This document shows, piece after piece, positions 52,788-64,000 of a DNA stretch of 64,000 bases. The notes under the pieces were generated by a model that made no database searches, was not told where the DNA came from, and saw nothing but the letters and a program-made list of their open reading frames with translations. Source of the DNA: Octopus sinensis. Lineage: Eukaryota. Where the stretch lies: assembly GCF_006345805.1 (NCBI RefSeq), contig NC_043015.1, positions 17,980,001-18,044,000 of the forward strand, given 5' to 3'. How positions within the stretch are numbered: position 1 is the first letter of the stretch; the number at the start of each line of letters is the position of its first letter. The translations under genes were made by a program, and so were the position numbers.

Positions 52788-53565
52788 GTGTCTGTAAACG
52801 TTTCACTAAGTAGAAGACATTTTAAAGTTTTCATTTTAATGTCAATGATACTATATATTCATCATCCTCATCATGATCTTCTCCATGTGTACCATCCCTA
52901 CTGTATCACTGAGCATCACCTCTTTTTCAGTGATGTGCTATTGGTTGATATCTGAATACAGATAAATATACATAATTGCTGGATTAAAATTTCCTTTCTT
53001 AGCATCTGAACTCTACTCCATAAGCAAAGAAAGGGCAATGAGTCTTCTGCCAACTGAGGAACATTGCCATCATAAGTGGCGGGCAAATTAAGCAGATGAA
53101 GCTCTAGCTATTCTTGACAGAAACATGGATTACTATACCAATCCAAGAAACCAGTCCACCACATTCTGCCATGACCTCAATTTTCCTTGTAAAGATAATG
53201 ATTTACTTTAGCTGATTTAGATGTCATAAAATTAAAAAATACTGAGAATCAGTCCTTGAATAATGTTTTTAAGGTTTGAATATATAAAACTAAAAGTAAA
53301 AAATGTATTTGGCACTTGTTTCACATATATAACCATTTTCTCTACTAATGTAGCAATTTAATTTTCTGTGACTAACTCAATGTATAATGATTAATTAAAC
53401 TTCTGCGGAGATGTTAGGTTTTTAACAGAATCTCAATAATAGCCAAACAATAGCAACTTAATGATGACAATAAAGTTTCAGCTAAGTAAGGGTAGCCTTA
53501 CCAAAATTATGTAAAAATCATTAAAATACTTGGTTAATATTGATGGAGAGATTCTGGTACAAAAG
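52788..53565 (+). repeat. 778-bp unique-looking segment duplicated at 57035-57812
   Basis: About half a dozen small differences seen by eye between the two copies. Confidence 0.95.
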
Positions 53566-53986
53566 TAGAAATAAAATGTTCTGCAGAAGAGTTTTTGAAG
53601 GAAAGTAAAGTTGAACTTTGTCAGTAGTAGTAGTAATACCAAAATACAGCAATATACCAAAGAGCAGATGGAGGAGCAGTAAGAGAGTGTGCAAATGTGG
53701 TGGTTGTTTAGTAAACATGTCTAGTAATGTGTTTGTTGACATTTTTCTTTCTTTCACTCTTTTACCCAGTCTATGTGATGCCGCTTTAGAGTAGCGTCAT
53801 CAGCAAGCTCAGGTAAGACGCAGGGGGTGCTTTCTATGGCCTACTATTAGGCCATTTGTGTTGACTGTGATGGCATCATCAGCTGAGATAGCTAATGCTG
53901 ATGTCACACAGGGGACAAGTAGGTGTTTGATGCATCTGCAAGTCTAGGTTAGAAATGTTACCAGATTAAGATGGGAGATATCACAC

Positions 53987-54165
53987 CTGTCGGCAGTGAA
54001 CTTCCATGCACTCAGTTCATTTTGTGTCTGTTTCTGTCGTTCCTTGCATTCTTCCATCTCTTTAGCCATGTGTTGGAATACCAAGTTGATGGCTGGGTCC
54101 AGTAGCATAGAGCGAAGTTGGTTAGTGCTTGGGGTTTGAGCAGCTTTAAATTCTTGGATTTGATT
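53987..54165 (-). CDS. WTAP: WTAP / fl(2)d m6A-writer subunit, internal exon (179 nt)
   Basis: ttttag|NQIQEFKAAQTPSTNQLRSMLLDPAINLVFQHMAKEMEECKERQKQTQNELSAWKFTAD-AG|gtgtga; matches WTAP (AQLRSTMVDPAINL..QNELSAWKFTPDS); phase 0 start fits the upstream exon. Confidence 0.95.
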
Positions 54166-55924
54166 CTAAAAGTGAAAATACCAAAAATTTTAATTAGAAT
54201 TGAGCATACCTGCCAGAATAAAAACACAAACAAACAGTAATGATTGTTTCTAATTTAGGAACAAGACCAGCAATTTTGAGGAGATTGAGTTTAGTAGACT
54301 ACACTGACTTAACTGGCATGATGCTTTATTGAACCTAAAGGAATGAAAGGCAAAGTTAACTACGACAAGATATGAACTGAGAATGCAAAATGCCAAAACA
54401 AATATGACATGACATTTTCCTGATGCTCTTATGAGTTTTATTATTAACATGCATCCTCAAGGGATGAGCAATAAAGAGAAACGATCATTTGTCAATCTTA
54501 TTTCTGTTTTATTAGTTTAATTTTTGATGTGTAGAAATTGAGAGAGAACTAATGTAGAAAAAAGAAAAGAGCTGATAAGTTTACTTTTACAAAGTCTGAT
54601 TATAGAGGTAAAGATTGATCCATGACAAATGATTAGTGGCTTATAAAGGGAATGTTCTTGAAACTTACTCTTAAAGATATTTCTATAATGACATATTACA
54701 ACTATTCAATGCTCATATTCTTTTTGTTTTGATACTGAAAGATTCTTCTAAAAACTACAACAGTTTTAGAATCTTAAAGAGAAATTTTTAAGGAATATCT
54801 TAAGATATAATTACTTAATGAAAATTTCCAGTGATATATCAGCAGAAAGATTTACAAACTATTAACAATATTATGTATCTAATGATGCAGCGAAAGAGTT
54901 CACAAAAAGTAAATATATTAAAGATGGTACATTTTAAACAGCTGATGTTTAAGTTGATGCTATAATGAAAATTGGGACAAGGTGCCATAATATTAAAATT
55001 CAATTACTTCAACTTTGGTTTTAGATAAGTGGAATATCTATAATGTTTATCATGCTATTAGAGTTACTTTGAAGTTTCAAATACTAAACTGCTACAACTC
55101 TCTCAAAGAAATACAATTCACAACATATCCAATAGCTTATAAAAGGTCTTCAAATAATTTGTCTAAAATAAAACATCTAAAATACAGGATTTACTTTTAT
55201 ATATTGGTTTTTTTAAATATAGTGAAAATTTCCTTATGCATGAGTTACTGAGAAAGAAAATTTTTAATTACAAAAAGCACAAACAAAATATACTTCCAGT
55301 GTCTCTAGAAAGTTCTTTAACACTACTACTAACAACTGCAAACTAAGCAGTAAACACAATTTGCTAATACCATTCTTTTTTATCATACACATGCACACAC
55401 GTATATGTATATCCATTCACAAAGCTCAGGTCAACCTGTGGCCTATAGTAGAAGACATGCCCAAAGTGCCATGCGGTAGGGCTGAACCTAAAACCATGTT
55501 GTTAGGAAGAAAACTTCTTACTACACAGCCATGCATGTACCTATTTATATAAACATCTATCCACACACATAAATGCACATGTGCAATGTGTGTGAGTATA
55601 ATTTTATTCGCCTTTCTCGGATTTTCTTCCTCTCTGTCCATTTTGCTTCTCTCTATATATATCATATTTAAAACTGCAATGGTCTTTTGGTTTTCATATC
55701 CCCATTTTATTTCCTTATGAAATAGATTATCCTTTACATTTAAATTAATAAATTATTTATTTTTTTATACATCAATGATGACATTTGTAGTCTATTTATT
55801 GAAACAGATGTAGAGGAGAATAAAATTATGAATCATCTGTGAAATCTTTGCTTTTGCTTTTTTAATATTCTAAATATTTTGCTCTGAACAATTGTTTTCA
55901 CAAATTTTATATTCTTTTATTTGT

Positions 55925-56285
55925 TTCAGTCATTTGACTGCGGCCATGCTGGAGCACTGCCTTTAGTCGATGGAATCAACCCCAGGAGTTATTCTTTGTA
56001 AGCCTAGTACTTATTCTATTGGTATCTTTTGCTGAACTGCTAAGTTACAGGAATGTAAACAGACCAACATCAGTTGTCAAGCGATGGTGGGGGGGACAAA
56101 CACAGACACACATATATGTATAAAATGGGCTTCTTTCAGTTTCTGTCTACAAAATCCATTCACAAGGCTTTGGTCAGCCCGAGGCTATAGTAGAAGACAC
56201 TTGCCCAAGGTCCCATGTAGTGGGACCGAACCCAGAACTATGCGGTTGGTAAGCAAGCTACTAACCACACAGTCACTCCTGTGTA
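55925..56285 (-). mobile_element. SINE family A, near full length
   Basis: Reverse complement of 231-628; a separate 5' fragment lies at ~55425-55530. Confidence 0.85.
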
Positions 56286-56518
56286 GTAAGTAACAAACTT
56301 ATTCCATTTAAAATTATTGCAATGTAATAATATATTGATATATTGGAGTTTTACAATATGTTAATAACTGAACTCTTAAATATAGTGGATATATTTTATG
56401 GGCCCTTAAACACTAATACTTTATTTCATATACGTACACATCGCAAAAGTAAATAGACACTCCTTATCATACTATTTTATCTGTATGGACACTACCTGGT
56501 GCTACAAGTTTGTTAATG

Positions 56519-56960
56519 TACTGAGTCAGCCAAAAAGTTCAATTGGTTATTTTTAAGCAAAAATAAGACACAACTTTTAAACGCAAAGTAATTTATTTAA
56601 TCAATGATATAGTTACTTTATTCCAGTATCTTATGCCATCTTGTGGGCAGATCCATTATTCCCAGCTCAAAGAATTTCCTGACTTTACTGGTGAGAAACA
56701 CATCCAGGTGAATTTTTACAAAATTTGAAGAGTCCAAAAACAGGTGGAAATGTAAGGGTACAAGGTCGGGTGAATATGAAGGGTATGGCAAAACTTCCTA
56801 GTAACTTCTGTTATGTCTGCAAAGAAATGTGCAGTCTGGCATTGTTGTGATGAAAGATAATGCCTTTACAATTAACAAGTACTGGACACTTCTGGTGGAT
56901 CACTGTATTTAATTTGTCTAGCTGGTCAAAGTAGATATCCAAATTAACAGTCCTTTCCAT
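56519..56960 (-). mobile_element. Mariner 3' fragment
   Basis: EVLPYPSYSPDLVPLHFHLF on the minus strand; TA-flanked end TACTGAGTCAGCCAAAAAGTTC. Confidence 0.7.
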
Positions 56961-56975
56961 GGGAAGAAGCTCATA

Positions 56976-58649
56976 TAAGGTATTAGCAAAAATTTCCTGA
57001 ACTAGTTCTGTAGCACACCAATAGATGACAACACGTGTCTATAAACGTTTCACTAAGTAGAAGACATTTTAAAGTTTTCATTTTAATGTCAATGATACTA
57101 TATATTCATCATCCTCATCATGATCTTCTCCATGTGTACCATCCCTACTGTATCACTGAGCATCACCTCTTTTTCAGTGATGTGCTATTGGTTGATATCT
57201 GAATACAGATAAATATACATAATTGCTGGATTAAAATTTCCTTTCTTAGCATCTGGACTCTACTCCATAAGCAAAGAAAGGGCAATGAGTCTTCTGCCAA
57301 CTGAGGAACATTGCCATCATAAGTGGCGGGCAAATTGAGCAGATGAAGCTCTAGCTATTCTTGACAGAAACATGGATTACTATACCAATCCAAGAAACCA
57401 GTCCACCACATTCTGCCATGACCTCAATTTTCCTTGTAAAGATAATGATTTACTTTAGCTGATTTAGATGTCATAAAATTAAAAAATACTGAGAATCAGT
57501 CCTTGAATAATGTTTTTAAGGTTTGAATATATAAAACTAAAAGTAAAAAATGTATTTGGCACTTATTTCACATATATAACCATTTTCTCTACTAATGTAG
57601 CAATTTAATTTTCTGTGACTAACTCAATGTATAATGATTAATTAAACTTCTGCGGAGATGTTAGGTTTTTAACAGAATCTCAATAATAGCCAAACAATAG
57701 CAACTTAATGATGACAGTAAAGTTTCAGCTAAGTAAGGGTAGCCTTACCAAAATTATGTAAAAATCATTAAAATACTTGGTTAATATTGATGGAGTTATT
57801 CTGGTACAAAAGCAGTGAGAGCTAGCAGTGACCTTTATGAGGCAGTGTGCTGAGTGATGTTGCTGTGTTTACTTCACAAGTTGTGAAATTTGCGTTTTCA
57901 TGGTCATGTGTATGATTTTGTTATGGACAGGAACAAAGAGCCAACATGAAATTTTGCGTTAAACTTGAGGAATCTACTACAGAGACATTGAACATGCTTT
58001 GGCAAGCTTATGGCGACAAGACAATGGGTCATATGCAATGTTTTTCTAGTGGCACGGGTGCTTCAAAAGCAGAAAACTGTCTCTGGAAGATGATGAATGA
58101 TCTGGAAGCGCTGCCATGAGCATCACTCCCAGAAATGTGATATTGTGCATTGAGAATTTGTCCCCCAAGGCCAGACTGTCAATCAAGAGTTCTACTGTGA
58201 CATTTTGAAGTGTTTGAGGGAGGACATTTGGCAAAAGCAACCGGACCTGGTGGAGCATGAAGAATTGGATTCTTCACAACGAAAATGCACAGTCACTGAG
58301 CTCTCTTCACTTGTGAGCTTCTTGCCAAAAGCAACATGGTATCATTTCTGTAACCACCCTATTCACCAGATTAAGCACCTGTAGACTTCCATCTCTTCCT
58401 CAAGATTAAAATGCAGGTCAAAGGTCGCCGTTTTAACACCATTGTCAAGATCCAGAGTGAATCACAGAAGGCCCTCAACAAACTAATGGAAAACGACTTC
58501 CAGGCTGGATTCCAAAAGTGGCAGGAATGCTGAGACTGATGTATTGCTGCATGAGGTGACTATTTCAAAGGAGATGATGTTAAAACTTAGGTAAATAAGT
58601 TATTTTTTATTAAACACAACTAGTCCAGGAACCTTTTGATACCACCTCA
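56976..58649 (+). mobile_element. Decayed mariner with both TIRs, carrying a 778-bp genomic insert
   Basis: TA|TAAGGTATTAGCAAAAATTTCCTGAACTAGTT versus reverse complement of the right end TA|TGAGGTGGTATCAAAAGGTTCCTGGACTAGTT; remnants EQRANMKFCVKL and PPYSPD.APVDFHLFLKIK. Confidence 0.8.
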
Positions 58650-58839
58650 TAAAAGAGAACGCCCATCCAATCCTACCAAATTGAATGCATAAACTTCTCT
58701 GGGTGAAGTCCTATTAAAGATGATCCATTTCTCATCCCCCAGCCACTATTCCTATAAAAAAAAAAAAAAAAAAAAAAAACTTTGTTCCCTTCACATGTCT
58801 GCAACATATCATAGATGGAAATTTATTTGGCAAGGAATT

Positions 58840-59200
58840 AACCTCATTCAATTGATGTGAAACTTAAACATTGAGCGAAGTTGAAGCAGATGGCTTTCAA
58901 CACTCAATATGGAGAATATATGTGATCATCTTGGTTGCATAGCAGGAGTTGGTGTTGACTAACTCCTTCATTTTGTTGCTGTTAAGCTCAGTTGGCCAGC
59001 CACAGTAAGGTGTATCTTGAACCAAAAGATTTTCTGATCGAAATTTTGAAAACCACTTTTGGCACACACATTCTGTAACAGCATCCTCTCCATACATGGT
59101 GCATATCTTCCTGCTGGTTTGTTGCCTTTTTTAAATGCTTGTTTTAGTTCTCCATTTCCAGGTTGATCCCATGCACTTTTCTGTAAGTTACCTCCATCAA
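58840..59200 (-). mobile_element. Mariner 5' fragment
   Basis: MYGEDAVTECVCQKWFSKFRSENLLVQDTPYCGWPTEL. Confidence 0.75.
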
Positions 59201-60559
59201 CTCTTTTGCAACTAGCAAATATCCAAATAAATATATCTTTCAAAAATGAAATGTCTGCATTTATTTGTTTATGTATGTACCTGCACAAAAGTTGATATTC
59301 CATGCTTGTCACCAGTTGAGTAAAGTTGAGGTGAAGCTGGCACTCTTCATTATCATTATAACCAGTCAGTTTGTGCTTTTAAAGAACAAAGTGACTGGTC
59401 TGTGTATTAGTGGCAGGAAGAATTTTCACCTGTAAAATTCTGCTTGAAATAACTACCTCCTACCCATGCTAGCATGGAAAAACACAAGTTGAATGAATGA
59501 ATGTACTTGTGATCAGTGCAGAATGACTTGTAGGTCCCTCGCAGGCTTTAGGAATTATGAGACATTATCAGCAAAGGGGAAACCAAAACATGAGATGTTT
59601 CTTAATGGGTTTAGGAAGTGGTCTTACTTGGTGACAAGTTGATTTCCACCACACATGTATACATACAACATACATACGTACATACATACATAGTGATTAT
59701 TACATTTTCACAGATGATTGTTATCTCCTTGTGCTCCCTTGTTGTCAATAGCATTTCTGACTTTCCATCCATGACCTCTCAGATGATTGTTCAGTCCTGT
59801 TGCAGATCGGTATAGTTTGAAGTGTAGGTGACAGATGAAAGTTGTAACTTAGTGTGATTCCAACTGGTTAGGTCTGCACATGTTGCCTACTTTTCTATCA
59901 CCATAGGACTTTCAGTAGATGGAATGACAAATGAGGTTATCTTTTAAAGAGACATCTGTTCATCATTTTCAATTATAGTGATAAACAGTTGTACAACACA
60001 AGTACCACTTTCTTTTTATATCAGTATCTCTCTCTCCAAGAAGGATACTATGACAATAGCTAGGCATCTCTTACTCCTGGTGGTTTCACAGAGCATTCTG
60101 ACACCAACCAAGGGTATTTCCGTGTCACTGCACTCAGATGGATTGTCATTACATATGCTAGTTAACCCATAGCTGGGACCCCAACAAGTGCAACTAGTCT
60201 AGGATTGAATGAATCTGAAAATAATAGTGGCTAATAGGTAGTAACATATTGCTTAAAACCCTGAAACTTCCAAACCAGAGCAATTTGAAGTCATAACCAG
60301 GACAATATACATACATATGTACATGCATACATACATATACATGCACAAGCACACAAACACATATCTTACATTGCATTTCATGCATACATAACGGAAGTCT
60401 ATTCATGATGAGTAAGACTACTTAAGCCCATTTGACTCTAAGAAACATCTCACATTTGGTCTCTCCATTGCCTGATGACATCTCATATGATTTTTAAGGC
60501 CAGCAAGGGACCTACAAGTCATTCCACATTGACCACAAGATAGCCTTCAAGCAATAGCC

Positions 60560-61300
60560 CAACCATCTGAATGTTGGGACTTACAATGCCAAATGAGTTC
60601 ACTAGCTGAAACACACACACTGCACAAGAGAACATGCTGGTGTATCTGTGACCACACTAGCAGCTGAGTGAGTCTGCCTTTGAGAAGACATGATCACATT
60701 AAAGACTCTTTTGCACTCTTGTTAGGGAGAGGGTTCACATCCTCCATATATTTACTAGCATGCTTCAACTCGGTGTATGCAAACCAGTTGTTCTTGAATT
60801 TTTCAACACCAGTAGCAATTAGATTCCTTCACAGACCCCTATCTTCTCAAGTGTTAGTATTGATATTGGTCTTTTTAAATGTCTTTAAGATTGTTATTGA
60901 AATACTTGCACTGGGGAGGTTTTCTTTGCCCCAGCTCATCATACAATTCTTGTTTTGGCAGGCAGGTATCCTCTAAATGGACAAGATAACAAGACCATCT
61001 AAGTTGGTGTTTCATAATCATAGACTTGACACTTGTCATTTTCACTAGCTACAGTGCTCCCATAACAGGCACATGAAATCAGCACAAGATCTTCAGGACA
61101 TTAAATAAGTATTGCTGGTGGAATCGTTGGATATGCCTGCAGTAGGTTATCCAGACAACAACCCAGTTAAGACACATGCTTTATAGATCTTAATTTCTAT
61201 TGCTGCTTTGATGTCTGATTGTGAGCAGAGCCTAGATTCAAGCTTTCTGCATGTATCACAGGCCTTAGAAAGTCTATAAATTACCTTATAGACTTGTCAA
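60560..61300 (-). mobile_element. Old RTE (BovB-like) fragment
   Basis: KIYKACVLT..; [10 protein letters not shown] on the minus strand. Confidence 0.6.
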
Positions 61301-61469
61301 GTGTACTAAATTTATATAGTGTGCTACTAAGGGAGACAAATGTATCCACAATTTTGCATATAGTGATGCTTGCATCTACATCTGTTACCATACAACAGGA
61401 AAGGTTTTCAACATCTGTTGTTTTACTGCAGTAACAAACTTTCATGGCTCTCATTCATGTTCTGTTATT

Positions 61470-61690
61470 CTGATTATTGCGATCTTGTAACTCACACTGA
61501 GCAAGACCTGCAGCTCCTACTGGAATGCTTTTCAACTCCATGCGATGAGTTTGAACTTAAGAGACCACTGTCATGCTACAACCAGCTCCAGGCAAGCCAT
61601 ATGGCCCACCATTGATATACACCAAGGGTACAAAGTTAAAACTCGTGGATACATTTGTCTACCTCAGTAGCACGTTATCCAGATTTAATA
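61470..61690 (+). mobile_element. Old RTE (BovB-like) RT fragment
   Basis: THTEQDLQLLLECFS..VMLQPAPGKPY..KLKLVDTFVYLSSTLS across a frameshift. Confidence 0.65.
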
Positions 61691-61870
61691 CACACGCACA
61701 CAACACTACATTATGAAATGTCCTTTCTTTTTCTGAGACAGGAGGTGTAATTTGAGTAAGATGATTCAGCTACTAGAATAGCAGCCATATTATACTCAAA
61801 GTACATCCATATAGAATATGCTTCATTTACAGATTAGATATACTAAAGTTTATAACCAATGTATACATAC

Positions 61871-61998
61871 CAAATAATCTTGTAATTCTTGTTCTTTTGT
61901 AGTGAGACGAAGAACTAAAGTGTTCTCGCGTCGAGCAGCCTCAATATGTTGCTGCTTTAATTTCTCTTCAGTCTCTTTATTTTCAAAATCTTCCACAC
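61871..61998 (-). CDS. WTAP: WTAP / fl(2)d internal exon (128 nt)
   Basis: ttacag|GT-VEDFENKETEEKLKQQHIEAARRENTLVLRLTTKEQELQDYL|gtatgt; matches WTAP ESEEKLKQQQQESARRENILVMRLATKEQE. Confidence 0.95.
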
Positions 61999-62339
61999 CT
62001 GTAACAAAATAGGGAAACATTTTATCTTGGTCACACAACCTTATATGGCATTAACATGTTGTGTCTTTAATCAACTGATAGCTAAACAATATTATTGTTA
62101 TTGATATTGTTATGAGTAGGTCAATTCGGGAAACAAAGGACACAGTAGATGAACCCAAGATGTAATGGATGGGAGCCAGTAATACACTTGTCATCCTAAC
62201 TAATATTTTGCAGCAGAAAGTGTGAAGACAACCTAGATGTTTCCTTCATCCTAACATTAGCACCACATGGACTACATGTTAGTGCATGAGAAAGACTTAC
62301 ACATCTGAATAATACCCAGTACAGAGTAACAAAGACAAT

Positions 62340-62990
62340 TGCTTGCCTTCTTTTCAAACTCAAACCAAAGAAAAGAGGTGTTCCAAAGTAGATATTTCAC
62401 CAGTCTGGAGCAACAAAGCATCTGAGGAAAAGTACAACGATCACTCAAGTCATAGATTACAAGCCTTGAGCACTTTCATCAGTGCTGTCTCTGCACCATT
62501 CTCAACATCTACTGGAATAAATCTGTTACCAACACTGAAGTCCTCAAACAGGCAGAAGACACTAGCATTGCAGTCATACTGATATGTTGCAGCTATGTTG
62601 CAGGGCAAGTTTCTAGACTGGAAGATAATCACTTACCCAAGATTGTGCTTTAAGTCACACACTCCACTGGCAACCATGACTAAGTAGCATTATAGAAAAA
62701 GTACAAGGACTTTCTGGAGAAATCTTTCAGTGCTATCATACTGATCATCCACAAAGGTCAACGATAGCTGTTAACTGCAAGGCTTGGTGACACATCATTC
62801 ACCAGTTTGTCTTCAAGAATGTATGCAGAGCTGGATTTGAGGAAAAGGAGTACTGAGGATGAACCATGACACAAAATAATCAAACCACCTAGAACAGAAT
62901 TTCTCTTGCAGCCATTGTGGATGGGTCTGCCCCTGTCTCTTTCTGACCTCATCCTTTACCAGCAAGCTAGCAGTGAATGTGAACAGCTCC
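62340..62990 (+). mobile_element. Old RTE (BovB-like) 3' ORF fragment
   Basis: RLQALSTFHQCCL..ILNIYW..VTNTEVL..GQVSRLED..LPKIVL. Confidence 0.7.
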
Positions 62991-63119
62991 CTTCAGAAAT
63001 CTTCCTCTACAAATATTTTAGTCTAAAAATTAGTATTCGTTTCATTAATGTATATCCAATTACTTAATAATCAATCAGTGATTAACATATATCCTAAACA
63101 TTGTAGCTTGTCCGTCGAT

Positions 63120-64000
63120 GCGATGATGACCATCTAGTCATCCTGGGGTGGGGGTGGGCTTGTTTGTGAGTCCGCAGATGGCTAGTGAGTCTTTGACAGT
63201 GTGGACAGGGAATGGTAGCGCCTGCTACAGGGTTGTTAGCTCTGTTCTTCCTGGTTTGTCTGTGGTCTTCTACAGCAGCAATCCTATTGGTCTCTCATGT
63301 GTTGGCACTCTTGTGGACAGCTGATTGCCACCCATATCTGTCTAAAGCAGACTGGTCTCGAGTGTCATGGTTGATATTGAAGGCTTTCTGTGAGGTTTTC
63401 AGTGTGTCCTTAAAGCACTTCTTCTGGCCACCTTGTGAGCACTTTCCCTTTTGCAGCTCACCAAAGAGCAATCTTTTTGGTAATCGATCGTCTGACATGC
63501 AAGCTACATGCCCTGCTCAACGAAGCTGAGACTGCATCTAGATGATATGGATGCTGGGCAGGTTAGCATGTATTAGTACCTCGGTATCCGAGATCCTGTC
63601 CTGCCACTTTATGCCGAAAAGTTTTCTGAGGCGTATTGTATGAAAGTGGTTCAGCTTCCTGGCATGACGACAGTAGACCGTCCAGGACTCGCAGCCATAA
63701 AGCAGCATTGTGAGAACAACAGCCCGGTACACCTTGATCTTTGCCATGTTGGTGATTCCCCTCCTGTCCCAGACAGTCTTGCGTAGTCTGCCAAAGGCAG
63801 CACTTGCCTTGGCGAGTCTGGCATGACTTCGTCATCAATGACAACATTTCTAGAGAGTGTGCTGCCAAGGTAGGTGAACTTGTCTACCATGTTTAGTCAC
63901 TGCCTGTTGATGGTGATGTTGGGTTCAACATAGGGCTTGGTTGGATCTGGCTGATACATTACCTCAGTCTTTTTTATATTGATAGCAAGGCCAAAGTTGT
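63120..64000 (-). mobile_element. RTE (BovB-like) LINE 3' part, runs off the window end
   Basis: VDKFTYLGSTLS; KIKVYRAVVLTMLLYGCESWTVY; MSDDRLPKRLLFGELQKGKCSQGGQKKCFKDTLK. Confidence 0.9.

Noticed and set aside
52788-53565. Duplicated segment as a coding exon
   Set aside because: Stops interrupt the frames I translated on both strands; no splice-bounded ORF identified
53770-53812. Plus-strand 43-nt exon with a good acceptor and CAG|GTAAG donor
   Set aside because: Stop codons in all three frames; at most a non-coding antisense exon, with no other support

Overview
AT-rich, microsatellite-dense animal genomic DNA. The SINE, RTE and Penelope repertoire looks like Octopus (inference). Most of the window is transposon debris: RTE, CR1 and HERO-like non-LTR elements, Tc1/mariner, a piggyBac-type MITE, non-autonomous Helitrons, tRNA-derived SINEs, a solo LTR and a Penelope-like element (PLE). 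The only host gene I can support is WTAP/fl(2)d on the minus strand, with two exons (61871-61998 and 53987-54165); I did not find its later exons. The most notable signal is a set of type I hammerhead-ribozyme (HHR) motifs in three unrelated non-coding repeats: a ~360-520 nt tandem/inverted array at 41.2-44.1 kb, a head-to-head tRNA-head + (AAT)n + HHR palindrome at 50.3-50.8 kb, and a U6 snRNA copy linked to an HHR-like tail at 32.8-33.3 kb. All three share the inverted-partial-copy geometry of the GIY-YIG Penelope element at 5.5-8.0 kb. Every individual HHR copy carries at least one core or stem lesion, so activity is not shown. Coordinates of degenerate repeats are approximate, and all analysis was by eye.
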